64,000 bases of DNA from an uncultured Methanosarcinaceae archaeon (GTDB taxonomy: Archaea; Halobacteriota; Methanosarcinia; Methanosarcinales; Methanosarcinaceae). Positions 21,513 to 31,509 of this stretch are shown piece by piece (position 1 is the first letter of the stretch; every line of letters begins with the position of its first letter). The stretch is from contig CAWJYV010000007.1 in assembly GCA_963847185.1 (NCBI GenBank), positions 352,001 through 416,000 on the forward strand, read 5' to 3'. Both the position numbers and the translations under genes were made by a program. A model generated the notes under the pieces. That model made no database searches. It saw only the letters and a program-made list of their open reading frames with translations, and was not told the origin of the DNA.

Positions 21513-22106
21513 GTATTTTAGCAACGGGGGTTTTGTGCCATTTTAAATCCCAGGTGTTAAACTCATCTTTTCAGATGTCTCCAATATAAGAGTTAAGTTT
21601 TCTCGTATATATATTTTTGTAAAAAAGACTCAACGAAATTAGTGGTTGTATATATATTTTTCGCATATGCTCTGTTTTATTGTTATTTTGGGAAGAAAAT
21701 AATATGATAATAACACAAAATATAAATATTAAATCTTCAAAACAGGATTTTATGAAGGTTGGGTAGGAAAGCTGGGTGAGTAAGTACTCGAAAAATTGCA
21801 GTAAATTAACCCTGATTAATTTGTCTATCAGCATTCATTTTGGAACCAATTAAGGCAGTAGAACTTTTTTCTCTGATTTTTCTTATTTATCTTGAAAAAA
21901 ATAATAAAATTCTGTTCTAAATTCTTTATCTCACCTTTTTGAAATATCTGGATCTTTTCTGGAGCAAAAAATCAGACAAATAGGAAAATTTTATATAGCA
22001 GTATTTTTTCCTGAATCACGATTTGTAAGCAGAAGTCACTATTTTAAATTAACCTGTGGATTCAAGAAGTGATAATTATATTTATCTTTCATAGCAAACA
22101 TGGAAG

Positions 22107-23255
22107 TCACAAAGTGTCGTTTTCTCCGTAACCTGAAATGCAAAGCTTGTATGCCCTATTGACAAATTCAAGCATTTTTTCGTCTTCCCTGTCAATCTCT
22201 ATTCCACAAGCAAGAGAAAGGTACTCAGCAAGGTCAAAGATCTTTATTTTTTCATCCTTTCCTGCTTCAACAAGATTCTGCATACAGCCCCCGCAATTAG
22301 TTATGATTACGTCACAACCCAATTTTTCCGCAGCCCTGTAACGTCCGGAAGCAACCTCCAGAGATTCGGAAGGATAATTGACTCTTACTCCTCCGCCAAA
22401 GCCACAGCAGGCTGAGTTCTCAGGGGTTTTGTTGGCAAGCTCGATACCTGGAATATTCTCAAGCACTTTTCTCGCTTCCCGGTACACACCCATTCCCCTG
22501 GTCAGATGACAGGGATCGTGATAAAAGGCTCTGTGATTGAAAACAGTTTTCGGAGTAAGTTTTCCTTCTCTTAGAAGAAGTTCAAGGTACTGAGAAACCT
22601 GCATGATCTGAAAGTCAAGATTTCCGAACATTTTCGGGTAAATCTCTTTAAAAGCCTTAAAACAACCTGGGCAGGCAGTTATCAGGATTTTTGCTCCTTT
22701 TTTCTGAATTTCCTGTATATTCCGTTGTCCGTTCCTGCGGATAGGTCCGGGATTTCCTGCTCCTGCAGAGACTGCTCCACAACAGTACTCAAGCCCGCTT
22801 AGAACGGTATAATCCACTCCGGCTTTTTCCAGCAAGGCAACAGTAGCTTTTGCCATGTTTGTGTTAATATAGCTGGCAGCACAGCCCGGAAAATAAACTA
22901 CAGACCCCTGGCCTTCCTTATATGAGGGAATTTCAGACATTTCGATAATTTTCTTGAATATATTGTTGTCAGCTTCAGGGTCAACCATGGTCTGCCTGTC
23001 AGTAAGGCCGTTTTCGTTTACCCATTTCTGGCGGGCAGGAGATATCAGCATTTTAATTCCAAGTCCTTCTGGACAGGCTTCTGTGCAGAGCCCGCAGGTC
23101 AGGCAGCGTATCAGAGAGCGAGAATCAATGTTCGAACTTCCTTTCAGATATCTGTAAAGGTGTTCTATCAACCCGATGTCCTCATAGCGCGGGCAGACCT
23201 CAAGGCATTTCCCGCATTGCATGCACTTTTTCCTGTGCGCTTCCACTAAGTCCAT
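22107..23255 (-). CDS. hdrD2: HdrD-like (Fe-S)-binding protein with two [4Fe-4S] motifs and two CCG domains
   Basis: CMQCGKCLEVCP, CLTCGLCTEACP, YFPGC..CCG..CPGC, YHDPCH..CCGFGG..CGGC. The symbol rests on its position upstream of mtbC. Confidence 0.8.
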   Translation of the reverse strand: MDLVEAHRKKCMQCGKCLEVCPRYEDIGLIEHLYRYLKGSSNIDSRSLIRCLTCGLCTEACPEGLGIKMLISPARQKWVNENGLTDRQTMVDPEADNNIFKKIIEMSEIPSYKEGQGSVVYFPGCAASYINTNMAKATVALLEKAGVDYTVLSGLEYCCGAVSAGAGNPGPIRRNGQRNIQEIQKKGAKILITACPGCFKAFKEIYPKMFGNLDFQIMQVSQYLELLLREGKLTPKTVFNHRAFYHDPCHLTRGMGVYREARKVLENIPGIELANKTPENSACCGFGGGVRVNYPSESLEVASGRYRAAEKLGCDVIITNCGGCMQNLVEAGKDEKIKIFDLAEYLSLACGIEIDREDEKMLEFVNRAYKLCISGYGENDTL

Positions 23256-23512
23256 TTTTCAACTCCATATTGTTTTAAACTCATCTGACTTATTCTATTC
23301 ATAAAAAGGATTGCTAAAATTCCTTTCTGGATAACCCATCATGGAATATTCTAAAAGGAAATCCATCCTGAAATAACTTTTCAAAAGTGATAGATATCTC
23401 TCGCTGACAAATCAGAGACGAATTCCTAAGTCTGAAGCAAGGATTTTCCAGAACTAAAGTCCGGAGATATTTTTAAAAGATGATAAAGCTAATATTCAAG
23501 GATACAGTATCA

Positions 23513-23563
23513 AATAGCCAGATAAAAGGAATAGCCAGATAAAAGGAATAGCCAGATAAAAAG
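23513..23563 (+). repeat. 17-bp tandem repeat x3 (AATAGCCAGATAAAAGG)
   Basis: Copies at 23513, 23530 and 23547, directly upstream of the phosphatidyltransferase gene. Confidence 0.9.
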
Positions 23564-23574
23564 AAGGGATTAAA

Positions 23575-24192
23575 ATATTCGAGGATTTTAAAAACAGGGT
23601 ACGAAAACTGATCGTTCCTATCGCCCGTTTAATTCCCCTATCTCCTAACACGCTTACTTTAATTGGTTTTGCTGTGAGTATGGTTGCAGGCGCGACTTTT
23701 GCCATGGGAAAACCTTTTGAAGGAGGGCTCTTGCTTCTCTTCAGCGGAGTTTTTGATATCCTTGACGGAGGAGTCGCAAGAGCAAAAGGAATAATAACTC
23801 CTTTCGGAGGCGTGCTTGACTCAGTTTGCGACCGTTATTCTGACGGATTAATGTTTTTAGGGATCATTGCAGGTGCAGTAAATGGAAGGCTTGTACTTCC
23901 TCCAATTATGCAAATTGAAGGCTGGCTCTGGGCTGGTTTTGCCTTAATAGGCTCTTTTCTGGTAAGTTACACCCGCGCTCGCGCCGAATCAGCAGGCTGC
24001 AGGAAACTGTCTGTCGGAATTGCCGAACGTACTGAAAGAATGATTATTCTTGCCTTAGGAGCCCTTGCTGGCTTTCTCGGCTGGGCTATAGTATTAATAG
24101 CCGTATTCTCCCACGTTACCATCATTCAGAGGGTTCTGCGGGCAAAAAGCATACTCAGTCAGCCTTCAGAAGCTGATGTCCAAAAACCATAA
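23575..24192 (+). CDS. pgsA: CDP-alcohol phosphatidyltransferase (archaetidylinositol-phosphate synthase-like), probable non-AUG start
   Basis: DILDGGVAR...FGGVLDSVCDRYSD, SYTRARAE, GIAERTER. The frame is open upstream of GTG 23674 through the conserved SPNTLT motif back to TAA 23557-23559 with no ATG/GTG/TTG; ATA at 23575 follows GAAGGGA. Confidence 0.88.
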   Translation: MFEDFKNRVRKLIVPIARLIPLSPNTLTLIGFAVSMVAGATFAMGKPFEGGLLLLFSGVFDILDGGVARAKGIITPFGGVLDSVCDRYSDGLMFLGIIAGAVNGRLVLPPIMQIEGWLWAGFALIGSFLVSYTRARAESAGCRKLSVGIAERTERMIILALGALAGFLGWAIVLIAVFSHVTIIQRVLRAKSILSQPSEADVQKP

Positions 24193-24577
24193 AGTTCCAT
24201 GTTTTAAAACCTTGGAAACCATGATAAAATGATAATGTCAATTCCTGCTAAATAACAAAATAGATTAAAGAAACAATAGTATCCTCTTCAAATTGTATGG
24301 GTAAAAGTAAATTTCACATATTCGCTGAAAATTTAGAAATTTAGCCAAGTCTAAAAAACATTATCAATCGACGCATTCAACTTTAAGAATGTATGACAAG
24401 ATTGTTACATATTTTTCTGGTTGGAAAATTCTCCCTTGAATTTGAAGAGGATACATACAACACGAAAATTACCTCAACAATCTCCTACCGATATGCATTT
24501 ATACTACATATTTGATTACAATAGTTGACGATGGCAAAGAAAGAGGATTGCCATTGAAAAAGCATAATCTGCTCTGC

Positions 24578-24655
24578 GGGGCCGTAGGGTAGCTTGGTCC
24601 ATCCTGCAAGGCTGGGGGTCTTGCGACTTGAGTTCGAATCTCAACGGCCCCACCA
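24578..24655 (+). tRNA. tRNA-Pro(GGG), copy 1
   Basis: GGGGCCG/CGGCCCC acceptor stem, CAAGG-CTGGGGG-TCTTG anticodon arm, GTTCGAATC T-loop, encoded CCA. Confidence 0.97.
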
Positions 24656-24782
24656 AAATTCTATTGAGTTATTTTAGACATTTTTTATTACATTTTACAA
24701 TTGCTTTTTAATGTGTAATTCCACTTTTAGATCCTACTTCCACTGATCGTTTTACGGCTATCTTTTCCATTTTGAAGTTAAC

Positions 24783-25022
24783 TTAATCATTTGAGCTTAA
24801 TACGCTATTGAAGCTGATCTTGAATTCAGTCTCCTTCTCTCTTTTAAGCTCCAAATAGCCTTCTATCTGGTGTACAAGAATATTTATGAGCTGAAGCCCG
24901 AGAGATTCCGTGTTTTCAATATCTATTTCTTTCGGAATTTCTGAGCCATTGTCAGCTATTACCAGGGTATACTTTAAATTTTTTTCACTTTCGTCTCTGC
25001 CTTTTTTTATTTGAAAACAATG
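24783..25022 (-). pseudogene. C-terminal HATPase_c fragment of a sensor histidine kinase
   Basis: Manual translation ...KYTLVIADNGSEIPKEIDIENTESLGLQLINILVHQIEGYLELKREKETEFKISF...stop; no start codon; cut off by the second repeat copy. Confidence 0.8.
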
Positions 25023-25137
25023 CGAATATTACCTAAACAATCTCTTACCGATATGCATTTATACTACATATTTGATTACAATAGTTGACGATGGCAAAGA
25101 AAGAGGATTGCCATTGAAAAAGCATAATCTGCTCTGC

Positions 25138-25215
25138 GGGGCCGTAGGGTAGCTTGGTCCATCCTGCAAGGCTGGGGGTCTTGCGACTTGAGTTCGAATC
25201 TCAACGGCCCCACCA
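25138..25215 (+). tRNA. tRNA-Pro(GGG), copy 2 (identical)
   Basis: Same sequence as 24578-24655 including CCA. Confidence 0.97.
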
Positions 25216-25653
25216 AAACTTTCTTTAGACCTGTTTCTACATATTTTGCACGTATTTCCATTTTTATTGTATTTTTGCTCTTTAGTTTGGCATTGTGCTT
25301 GTTTTTCAGACCGTTTTAATTGTTTTTAAATACTCTTGAGCAGCTCTAGGTTGTTGGATCGTTTTTTTGACCCAATGCTCTCTCAATGACTGCGAAGCAG
25401 GCGGCCTTTCGAAGTGAAATAGAAGGTCTGAAAAGTTAAATCAAGGCTTTTATGAAAATCCGCACAAAAATTCATTTGTTTACTCAGCCATTAAAAAAAC
25501 TGCAGGAATAAACATCTTTGGTCAATAAATAATATATGATCGTAAAATAAAATTATGAAACACATAGAATATTAGAGATTTATGTTTATAATATTTCGGA
25601 TAATTATAAAGCTCTTTTTAAAAAAATGTTAGAGCTTTTGATAGAAGAAACAT

Positions 25654-25896
25654 CTACATTTTTTTCCCTTCTTTCCCTTTCTCACGCTTATACTTCTCCC
25701 GGATTTTTTCAAGCATCTCCTCATTAGCTTCGACGACGAAAGCCCCTATATACCCACATTCTTTGCAATGGTAAACTGCGCCTGTATACCCGCCAACCTC
25801 ATAATATATATCTGCGTTCCCACAGACAGGACAGACCTCAATCAGCTTTTCCAGAGTCAGAGTAGTTTCCTCCTTGAGATGGCTTACAGTATCCAA
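25654..25896 (-). CDS. Small CPxCG zinc-ribbon protein
   Basis: CPVCG...YHCKECGYIG. An internal AAGGAGG suggests the true start is later, possibly a CTG near 25860. Confidence 0.75.
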   Translation of the reverse strand: MDTVSHLKEETTLTLEKLIEVCPVCGNADIYYEVGGYTGAVYHCKECGYIGAFVVEANEEMLEKIREKYKREKGKEGKKM

Positions 25897-26139
25897 TTGT
25901 TAATTATATATAAGAAGGATGATTTTAATAAATATATGGTATCCAAGGAATTTGGAGCATAAAAAACAAAGCTGTTTTTTCAGATTAATAGTTTCCAACT
26001 ACTATATTTACCAATTACTCCCCACATTCAATACTCGATATAGTTCATACCCGATAAGCATGTCCGATAAACATATCTGATAATTGCACCAATTCCGTAC
26101 TTTACAACGAAATGATCCAGGATTTACAGTGAGTAAAAA

Positions 26140-28842
26140 ATGACTGAAATGATGACCCCTGCAATGCGCCAGTATTACGAAGCCAAGCAGGCATATCCCG
26201 ATACCCTGATTTTCTTCCGGATGGGGGACTTCTACGAGTCCTTTGGGGAAGACGCAAAAACCATTGCAAAAGAGCTTGAAATTACACTGACAGCTCGGGG
26301 AAAGGACAAATCAGGCGAGAGAATGCCGCTTGCAGGAATTCCTTACCATGCAATTGACACTTACCTTCCAAGGCTTATAAACAAAGGGTACAAGGTAGCT
26401 ATCTGCGAACAGCTCGAAGACCCAAAACAGGCAAAGGGGGTTGTAAAGCGAGGGGTTGTCAGAGTAGTCACTCCCGGTACGGCAATAGATTCTTCCATGT
26501 TTTCGGATGCCTCAAATAATTACCTGATGGCAGTTTCGGGGAGAGAAGCAGGAAAGTCCGGAAAAAGTGCAGAAAAAGAGATAGAAGTAGGTGTCTCTTT
26601 CCTGGACATTTCTACAGGAGAATTTCTTACAACCCAGTTCAGAGACTCGGAGAATTTTGAAAAGCTCCTGAGCGAACTTGCCCGTATGCGCCCTGCAGAA
26701 TGCATTCTGCCTCCGTCTCTGCATGGAAATTCCGAGCTTGTGGAAAGGCTGAAAGGGCAGACTATTGTTCAGGAGTTCGCTCCTGAAATTTCAGGACTCG
26801 AGGAAGCCGGAGAAAAATTGAAAAAGCATTTCAAAGTCGCAACTCTTGAAGGCATGGGCTGCGAAAACCTTGATTTTGCGGTATATTCTGCATGGGCTGC
26901 CCTTGAGTACGCACAGACCACCCAGATGCGGGACCTTATTCATATCAACACTCTGCAGACCTATTCGAACTCAGAGTTCATGATTCTCGATTCTGTAACC
27001 CTGCGCAATTTAGAAATCGTGAAAAATGTGAGAGATGAAGGAGACGAAAATTCCCTTTACAGGATTCTGAACTATACCAGAACACCTATGGGGAGCCGAA
27101 TTCTAAAAAAATGGCTCCTGAAGCCTTTACTTTCAGTAGAAAAAATCAATCTTCGGTTGGATACCGTAGAAGAATTGACATTAGACAATTTGCTTCGATA
27201 TGATATCCGGAAATGGCTCTCCGAGGTAAGAGATATTGAACGTCTCGTAGGAAGGGTAGTGTATGGGAATTCAAATGCAAGAGACCTCATAGCCTTGAAA
27301 AAATCTCTCGCAGCCGTATCTCCTATTAGAGACATGCTGCTGGAAAAAGCAGAGGCTAAGCTCCTGGCCGAGATTGCAGAAGGGCTTGAATCCTTTTCCG
27401 AACTCGAAGATATGGCTGAAATGATAGAAACAGCAATATCTGACGAACCTCCTGTCTCGGTCCGGGAAGGAGGAATGATAAAGCCAGGATACAGTGCCGA
27501 GCTTGATGAACTCAGGGATATTTCCAGCAATAGCAAGCAATGGATTGCAGCTTTTCAGCTGAAGGAACGGGACAGGAGTGGAATCAAGTCTCTTAAAGTG
27601 GGGTACAACAAAGTCTTTGGGTATTACATTGAAGTAACCAATGCCAACAGCAGCCAGGTGCCTGAAGATTACATCAGAAAGCAGACTATGGCCAATGCAG
27701 AACGCTTTTTTACACCAGAACTCAAAGAAAAAGAGAGCCTTATCCTGACAGCCAATGAAAAAGCAGTTGCTCTCGAGTATGAAATCTTCCTGCAAATTAC
27801 GCAGGCTCTTTCAGCCCGTTCAAGAGAACTCCAGGAAACCGCCGAGAGAATAGGAGCCCTTGACGTGCTTACAACTCTTGCTGAGGTTGCAGGAAATAAC
27901 AATTACATTCGGCCCCAGCTTACGGAAGACTGCAAGATCCTTATCCGGGACGGGAGGCATCCTGTGGTTGAAAATACTGTACCTGGTGGTTTTGTTCCCA
28001 ACGATACCGAGATAGATTGTAAGGAAAACCAGTTTTTACTGGTTACAGGTCCGAATATGGCAGGAAAATCTACTTACATGCGCCAGACTGCCCTTATAGC
28101 TATCATGGCCCAGACAGGTTCCTTTGTCCCTGTATCTCATGCATCCATAGGGATCATTGATCAGGTCTTTACAAGAATAGGGGCCTTCGATGATCTTGCA
28201 AGCGGACAGAGTACTTTCATGGTAGAAATGATTGAGCTTGCAAATATCCTGAATAATGCAAGTCCCAGAAGTCTTGTCCTCCTTGATGAAATTGGCAGGG
28301 GAACGAGCACCTATGATGGGTACAGCATTGCAAAAGCTGTGGTGGAGTTTCTGCATAACAAGGGGAAAATAGGAGTAAGGGCATTATTTGCAACCCATTA
28401 CCACCAGCTTACAGCTCTTGAAGAAAAGTTGAAAAGGGTCAAAAATTACCATATTGCAGTAAAAGAAGAAGGTCATGAGCTTGTTTTTCTCCGAAAAATC
28501 GTGCCTGGAGCAACTGACAGAAGTTACGGAATCCATGTTGCAAGGCTTGCAGGAGTTCCGGAGAAAGTTATCGAGAGGGCAAATGAGATCCTGAAAGAAC
28601 TCGAAAAAGAAAACGTGCTTGAAGAAGCCGAAGACAGCGAGAACGGGAAAAGGAAAAAAAGCAAAGCAACATCCCGTTATACGCAGATGATTCTTTTTGA
28701 TCCGGGAAGCAGTGGAAGCATGTCTGCACAGAAGAACAGTCTGAGTCCTGCAGAGGCTGCTCTACGAAAATTGAAAGTGGAGGAAATGACGCCAATAGAA
28801 GCCCTGAATAAGCTCTATGAACTTAAAAGGCTACTAGACTAA
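26140..28842 (+). CDS. mutS: DNA mismatch repair protein MutS
   Basis: FFRMGDFYE mismatch-binding motif, GRHPVVE, TGPNMAGKST, STFMVEM, DEIGRGT, ATHY, SYGIHVA. Confidence 0.98.
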   Translation: MTEMMTPAMRQYYEAKQAYPDTLIFFRMGDFYESFGEDAKTIAKELEITLTARGKDKSGERMPLAGIPYHAIDTYLPRLINKGYKVAICEQLEDPKQAKGVVKRGVVRVVTPGTAIDSSMFSDASNNYLMAVSGREAGKSGKSAEKEIEVGVSFLDISTGEFLTTQFRDSENFEKLLSELARMRPAECILPPSLHGNSELVERLKGQTIVQEFAPEISGLEEAGEKLKKHFKVATLEGMGCENLDFAVYSAWAALEYAQTTQMRDLIHINTLQTYSNSEFMILDSVTLRNLEIVKNVRDEGDENSLYRILNYTRTPMGSRILKKWLLKPLLSVEKINLRLDTVEELTLDNLLRYDIRKWLSEVRDIERLVGRVVYGNSNARDLIALKKSLAAVSPIRDMLLEKAEAKLLAEIAEGLESFSELEDMAEMIETAISDEPPVSVREGGMIKPGYSAELDELRDISSNSKQWIAAFQLKERDRSGIKSLKVGYNKVFGYYIEVTNANSSQVPEDYIRKQTMANAERFFTPELKEKESLILTANEKAVALEYEIFLQITQALSARSRELQETAERIGALDVLTTLAEVAGNNNYIRPQLTEDCKILIRDGRHPVVENTVPGGFVPNDTEIDCKENQFLLVTGPNMAGKSTYMRQTALIAIMAQTGSFVPVSHASIGIIDQVFTRIGAFDDLASGQSTFMVEMIELANILNNASPRSLVLLDEIGRGTSTYDGYSIAKAVVEFLHNKGKIGVRALFATHYHQLTALEEKLKRVKNYHIAVKEEGHELVFLRKIVPGATDRSYGIHVARLAGVPEKVIERANEILKELEKENVLEEAEDSENGKRKKSKATSRYTQMILFDPGSSGSMSAQKNSLSPAEAALRKLKVEEMTPIEALNKLYELKRLLD

Positions 28843-28971
28843 TGAAATTGGTTACTCGATTAATGAAATCAAATGATATTTTGGAAAATCCACGGTACTT
28901 TAAAGAATTTTGAATATTTTCACGATTTATGATCATTAGAAGATGTTTTTCGGTCTTAATGGAGTAAAGGA

Positions 28972-31092
28972 ATGAAAGAAGAGTATAATGAAGTGCAGGG
29001 AAACAAGATCCGAATCCTTGATAAGGATACAATAAACAAAATCGCAGCAGGAGAAGTAATAGAACGTCCTGCGTCCGTGGTAAAGGAACTAATCGATAAC
29101 TCCATCGATGCAGGGGCTACTGACATACGGATTGAAGTCGAAAAAGGAGGGAAAAATTCCATCCTTATCCGGGACAATGGCTGCGGAATGAGCAGGGCAG
29201 ATGCTCTTCTTGCATATAAGAAGCATGCAACGAGCAAACTTACTCGAATAGAAGATCTTGATACTATTTCTACAATGGGTTTCAGGGGAGAAGCTCTTGC
29301 TTCAATTACAGCTGTAGCAAAGGTAGAAATCCTTACCAGGCCTCCGGAAGAGATTACAGGCACTAAAATCCTGGTCCATGGGGGAAAGGTAGTGGAAGCT
29401 TCGGATGCAGGCACAGCTCCAGGTACTTCAGTGCACGTAAAAGACCTTTTTTATAACACGCCTGCCAGACGTAAATATCTGAAAAGTGACCGTACGGAAC
29501 TCGCCCATATTACAGATATCATCACACAGCTTGCCCTCGCAAATCCGGAAATCTCCTTTACCCTGTTCAATGAGGGAAAACCAGTTATCAGAAACGCTGG
29601 CTCAAAAGATCTTTTCAACAGCATTGTAAATCTTTTAGGACCCGATACCGCACGTTCGATGCTTCCCTTAGAGCACAAAACAGAAGATTTTGAGATTAGG
29701 GGATACATTTCAAAGCCGGAAACTACAAGAGCAGAAAGTGACTACCTTTTCCTTTTCGTAAACACCCGGCCTGTAACCTCAAAAGCTATCAATACCGCCG
29801 TTCGCACAGGATATTATACAAAGATTCCAAAAGGACGTTATCCTGTAGCTGTGCTCTCCCTTATTCTTGATCCGCAGGAAGTAGATGTCAACGTGCACCC
29901 TCGTAAAGCTGAGGTCCGTTTCAGCCGGGAAAAAGAGCTTGGAGATGTTGTCACATTTGCTGTTGAAAAGGTTCTTTCCGAACATGGGCTTATGCCTGAG
30001 ATAAGAAATAAAGAAAGTGCGGTTTTTCAGAAAACCTTTGAAGCTTTAACTCCTTCGGGAAAGGCTCAGATCTCTGAGAAGGTTTCAGAGCAGGGTTCGG
30101 AAGCTCGAGAATTTCCTAAAAAAGCTGTTGAAATGGAAGCTGAAATTAAAACAGAGCTTCCAAAAGCATCAGGTTTTCCTGATCTCAGCAGCAAAATCAT
30201 TCGGGAGAAAGCTGAAAACTATACTTATCCCGTAAAAGATACTGAACGAAAGCTAAAGAAATCTGAGCGCTTTCTGGATTCTGCTGGAGAAGGAGAAAAA
30301 GGATCATTTGAGCCTTCAGAAGAAAAAGGGCAGGATATTAAAAAGACAGAAAACGGAAAGGAAATACAGCAAGAAAATGAAAAGAAAATAGAGGATGAAA
30401 TAGGGAAAGAAAGCAAGAAGTTAACAGGGAAGGAATTAGAAAAAGAAAACAGGCAGGAAAAAGAAGTAACAAATACAGTAGAAAAACAAAAGCCTAATCA
30501 AAAACCAAACACGGATTCCCTTGAAAACCTGCGAATCATAGGCCAGGTCTCTAAAATATATATCCTTGCCGAGAAAGGAGAGGATCTTATTATTATTGAC
30601 CAGCACGCGGCTCATGAGAGAATCCTTTACGAGCAGGTTCTGAAAATAAAAAAATCCAGAGTTCAGGAGCTTATAGCCCCTGTGACTATAGATCTTACTC
30701 CAAAGGAAAAGGTGCTCATGGAGGAATATATTCCTTGCCTGGAAGAGTATGGATTCGGGATCTCGGAGTTTGGGGACAATACATTTGTAGTCACCTTCGT
30801 GCCTGATATTTTCGGACGGCTTGAAAACCCGGAAGTTATCCATGATGTAATTTCTGATCTTCTGGCTTCCGGAAAGGTTAAAAAGGACACAGGGATTTCG
30901 GAAAAAATCTGCAAGACCCTGGCATGCAGAGCTGCAATCAAAGGCGGAGCAGCCTGCAACCTTCGGCAGATGGAAGAGCTGATAGAGCAGCTTAAGAAAG
31001 CTGATAATCCTTACTCCTGCCCGCATGGAAGGCCTACAGTGGTCACTCTCACAAAAGGTGAACTTGATCGTATGTTTGCAAGAATACAGTAA
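28972..31092 (+). CDS. mutL: DNA mismatch repair endonuclease MutL
   Basis: IAAGEVIERPASVVKEL, DNGCGM, GFRGEAL, DVNVHP, DQHAAHERILYE, ACR, CPHGRP. Confidence 0.98.
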   Translation: MKEEYNEVQGNKIRILDKDTINKIAAGEVIERPASVVKELIDNSIDAGATDIRIEVEKGGKNSILIRDNGCGMSRADALLAYKKHATSKLTRIEDLDTISTMGFRGEALASITAVAKVEILTRPPEEITGTKILVHGGKVVEASDAGTAPGTSVHVKDLFYNTPARRKYLKSDRTELAHITDIITQLALANPEISFTLFNEGKPVIRNAGSKDLFNSIVNLLGPDTARSMLPLEHKTEDFEIRGYISKPETTRAESDYLFLFVNTRPVTSKAINTAVRTGYYTKIPKGRYPVAVLSLILDPQEVDVNVHPRKAEVRFSREKELGDVVTFAVEKVLSEHGLMPEIRNKESAVFQKTFEALTPSGKAQISEKVSEQGSEAREFPKKAVEMEAEIKTELPKASGFPDLSSKIIREKAENYTYPVKDTERKLKKSERFLDSAGEGEKGSFEPSEEKGQDIKKTENGKEIQQENEKKIEDEIGKESKKLTGKELEKENRQEKEVTNTVEKQKPNQKPNTDSLENLRIIGQVSKIYILAEKGEDLIIIDQHAAHERILYEQVLKIKKSRVQELIAPVTIDLTPKEKVLMEEYIPCLEEYGFGISEFGDNTFVVTFVPDIFGRLENPEVIHDVISDLLASGKVKKDTGISEKICKTLACRAAIKGGAACNLRQMEELIEQLKKADNPYSCPHGRPTVVTLTKGELDRMFARIQ

Positions 31093-31234
31093 AACTATTG
31101 TAGCTGGAAAGTTTGATGTTTAGGCTTTTCTTGCAATCGAAACTGCATCTGAAGAAAGGGTTTTGAGTTTCCTATATATTTATATAATATAATTGAAATG
31201 TAATACTGAATGTCAGAATGTACTGACATCTGAA

Positions 31235-31374
31235 AAGGCATCATTCCACAAGACTATTTTTTACACACCAACCCCAAACCCCAACTTCAATATAGAACGT
31301 TACCCCACGTTCCAGAATCCAGAAAAACCCCCCAACTTCCAGAAAAACGAAATTCCACTCTGGAATGATGCCTT
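31235..31374. mobile_element. MITE-like element, 140 bp, with perfect 14-bp terminal inverted repeats
   Basis: AAGGCATCATTCCA (31235-31248) and TGGAATGATGCCTT (31361-31374) around a C/A-skewed non-coding interior. Confidence 0.65.
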
Positions 31375-31509
31375 CTTTTCTCTCAAATTTATATTCCTCT
31401 CAAAATGATATTTCTGTTGACTTTAGGCAGTTTTATTCAGGATATGATTGGGCCTCTTCTTATTTTCACGTCAATACATTTATAATAAAAAACCTCCGAG
31501 TATTCTTCC

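Larger units (their letters stand above)
24463..25218 (+). repeat. About 196-bp direct repeat (24463-24658 and 25023-25218), each copy holding promoter, leader and full tRNA-Pro
   Basis: Offset 560 bp; identical over 24486-24658 vs 25046-25218, with three mismatches at the 5' end. Confidence 0.95.

Noticed and set aside
21153-21834. ORFs 21153..21512 (+) and 21571..21834 (-)
   Set aside because: They overlap the AT-rich promoter/leader, with no RBS or recognisable motifs.
25076-25261. 61-aa minus-strand ORF
   Set aside because: It is the antisense reading of tRNA-Pro copy 2 (GPLRFELKSQDPQ).
31193-31408. 71-aa plus-strand ORF
   Set aside because: It runs through the MITE-like element and has low-complexity composition.
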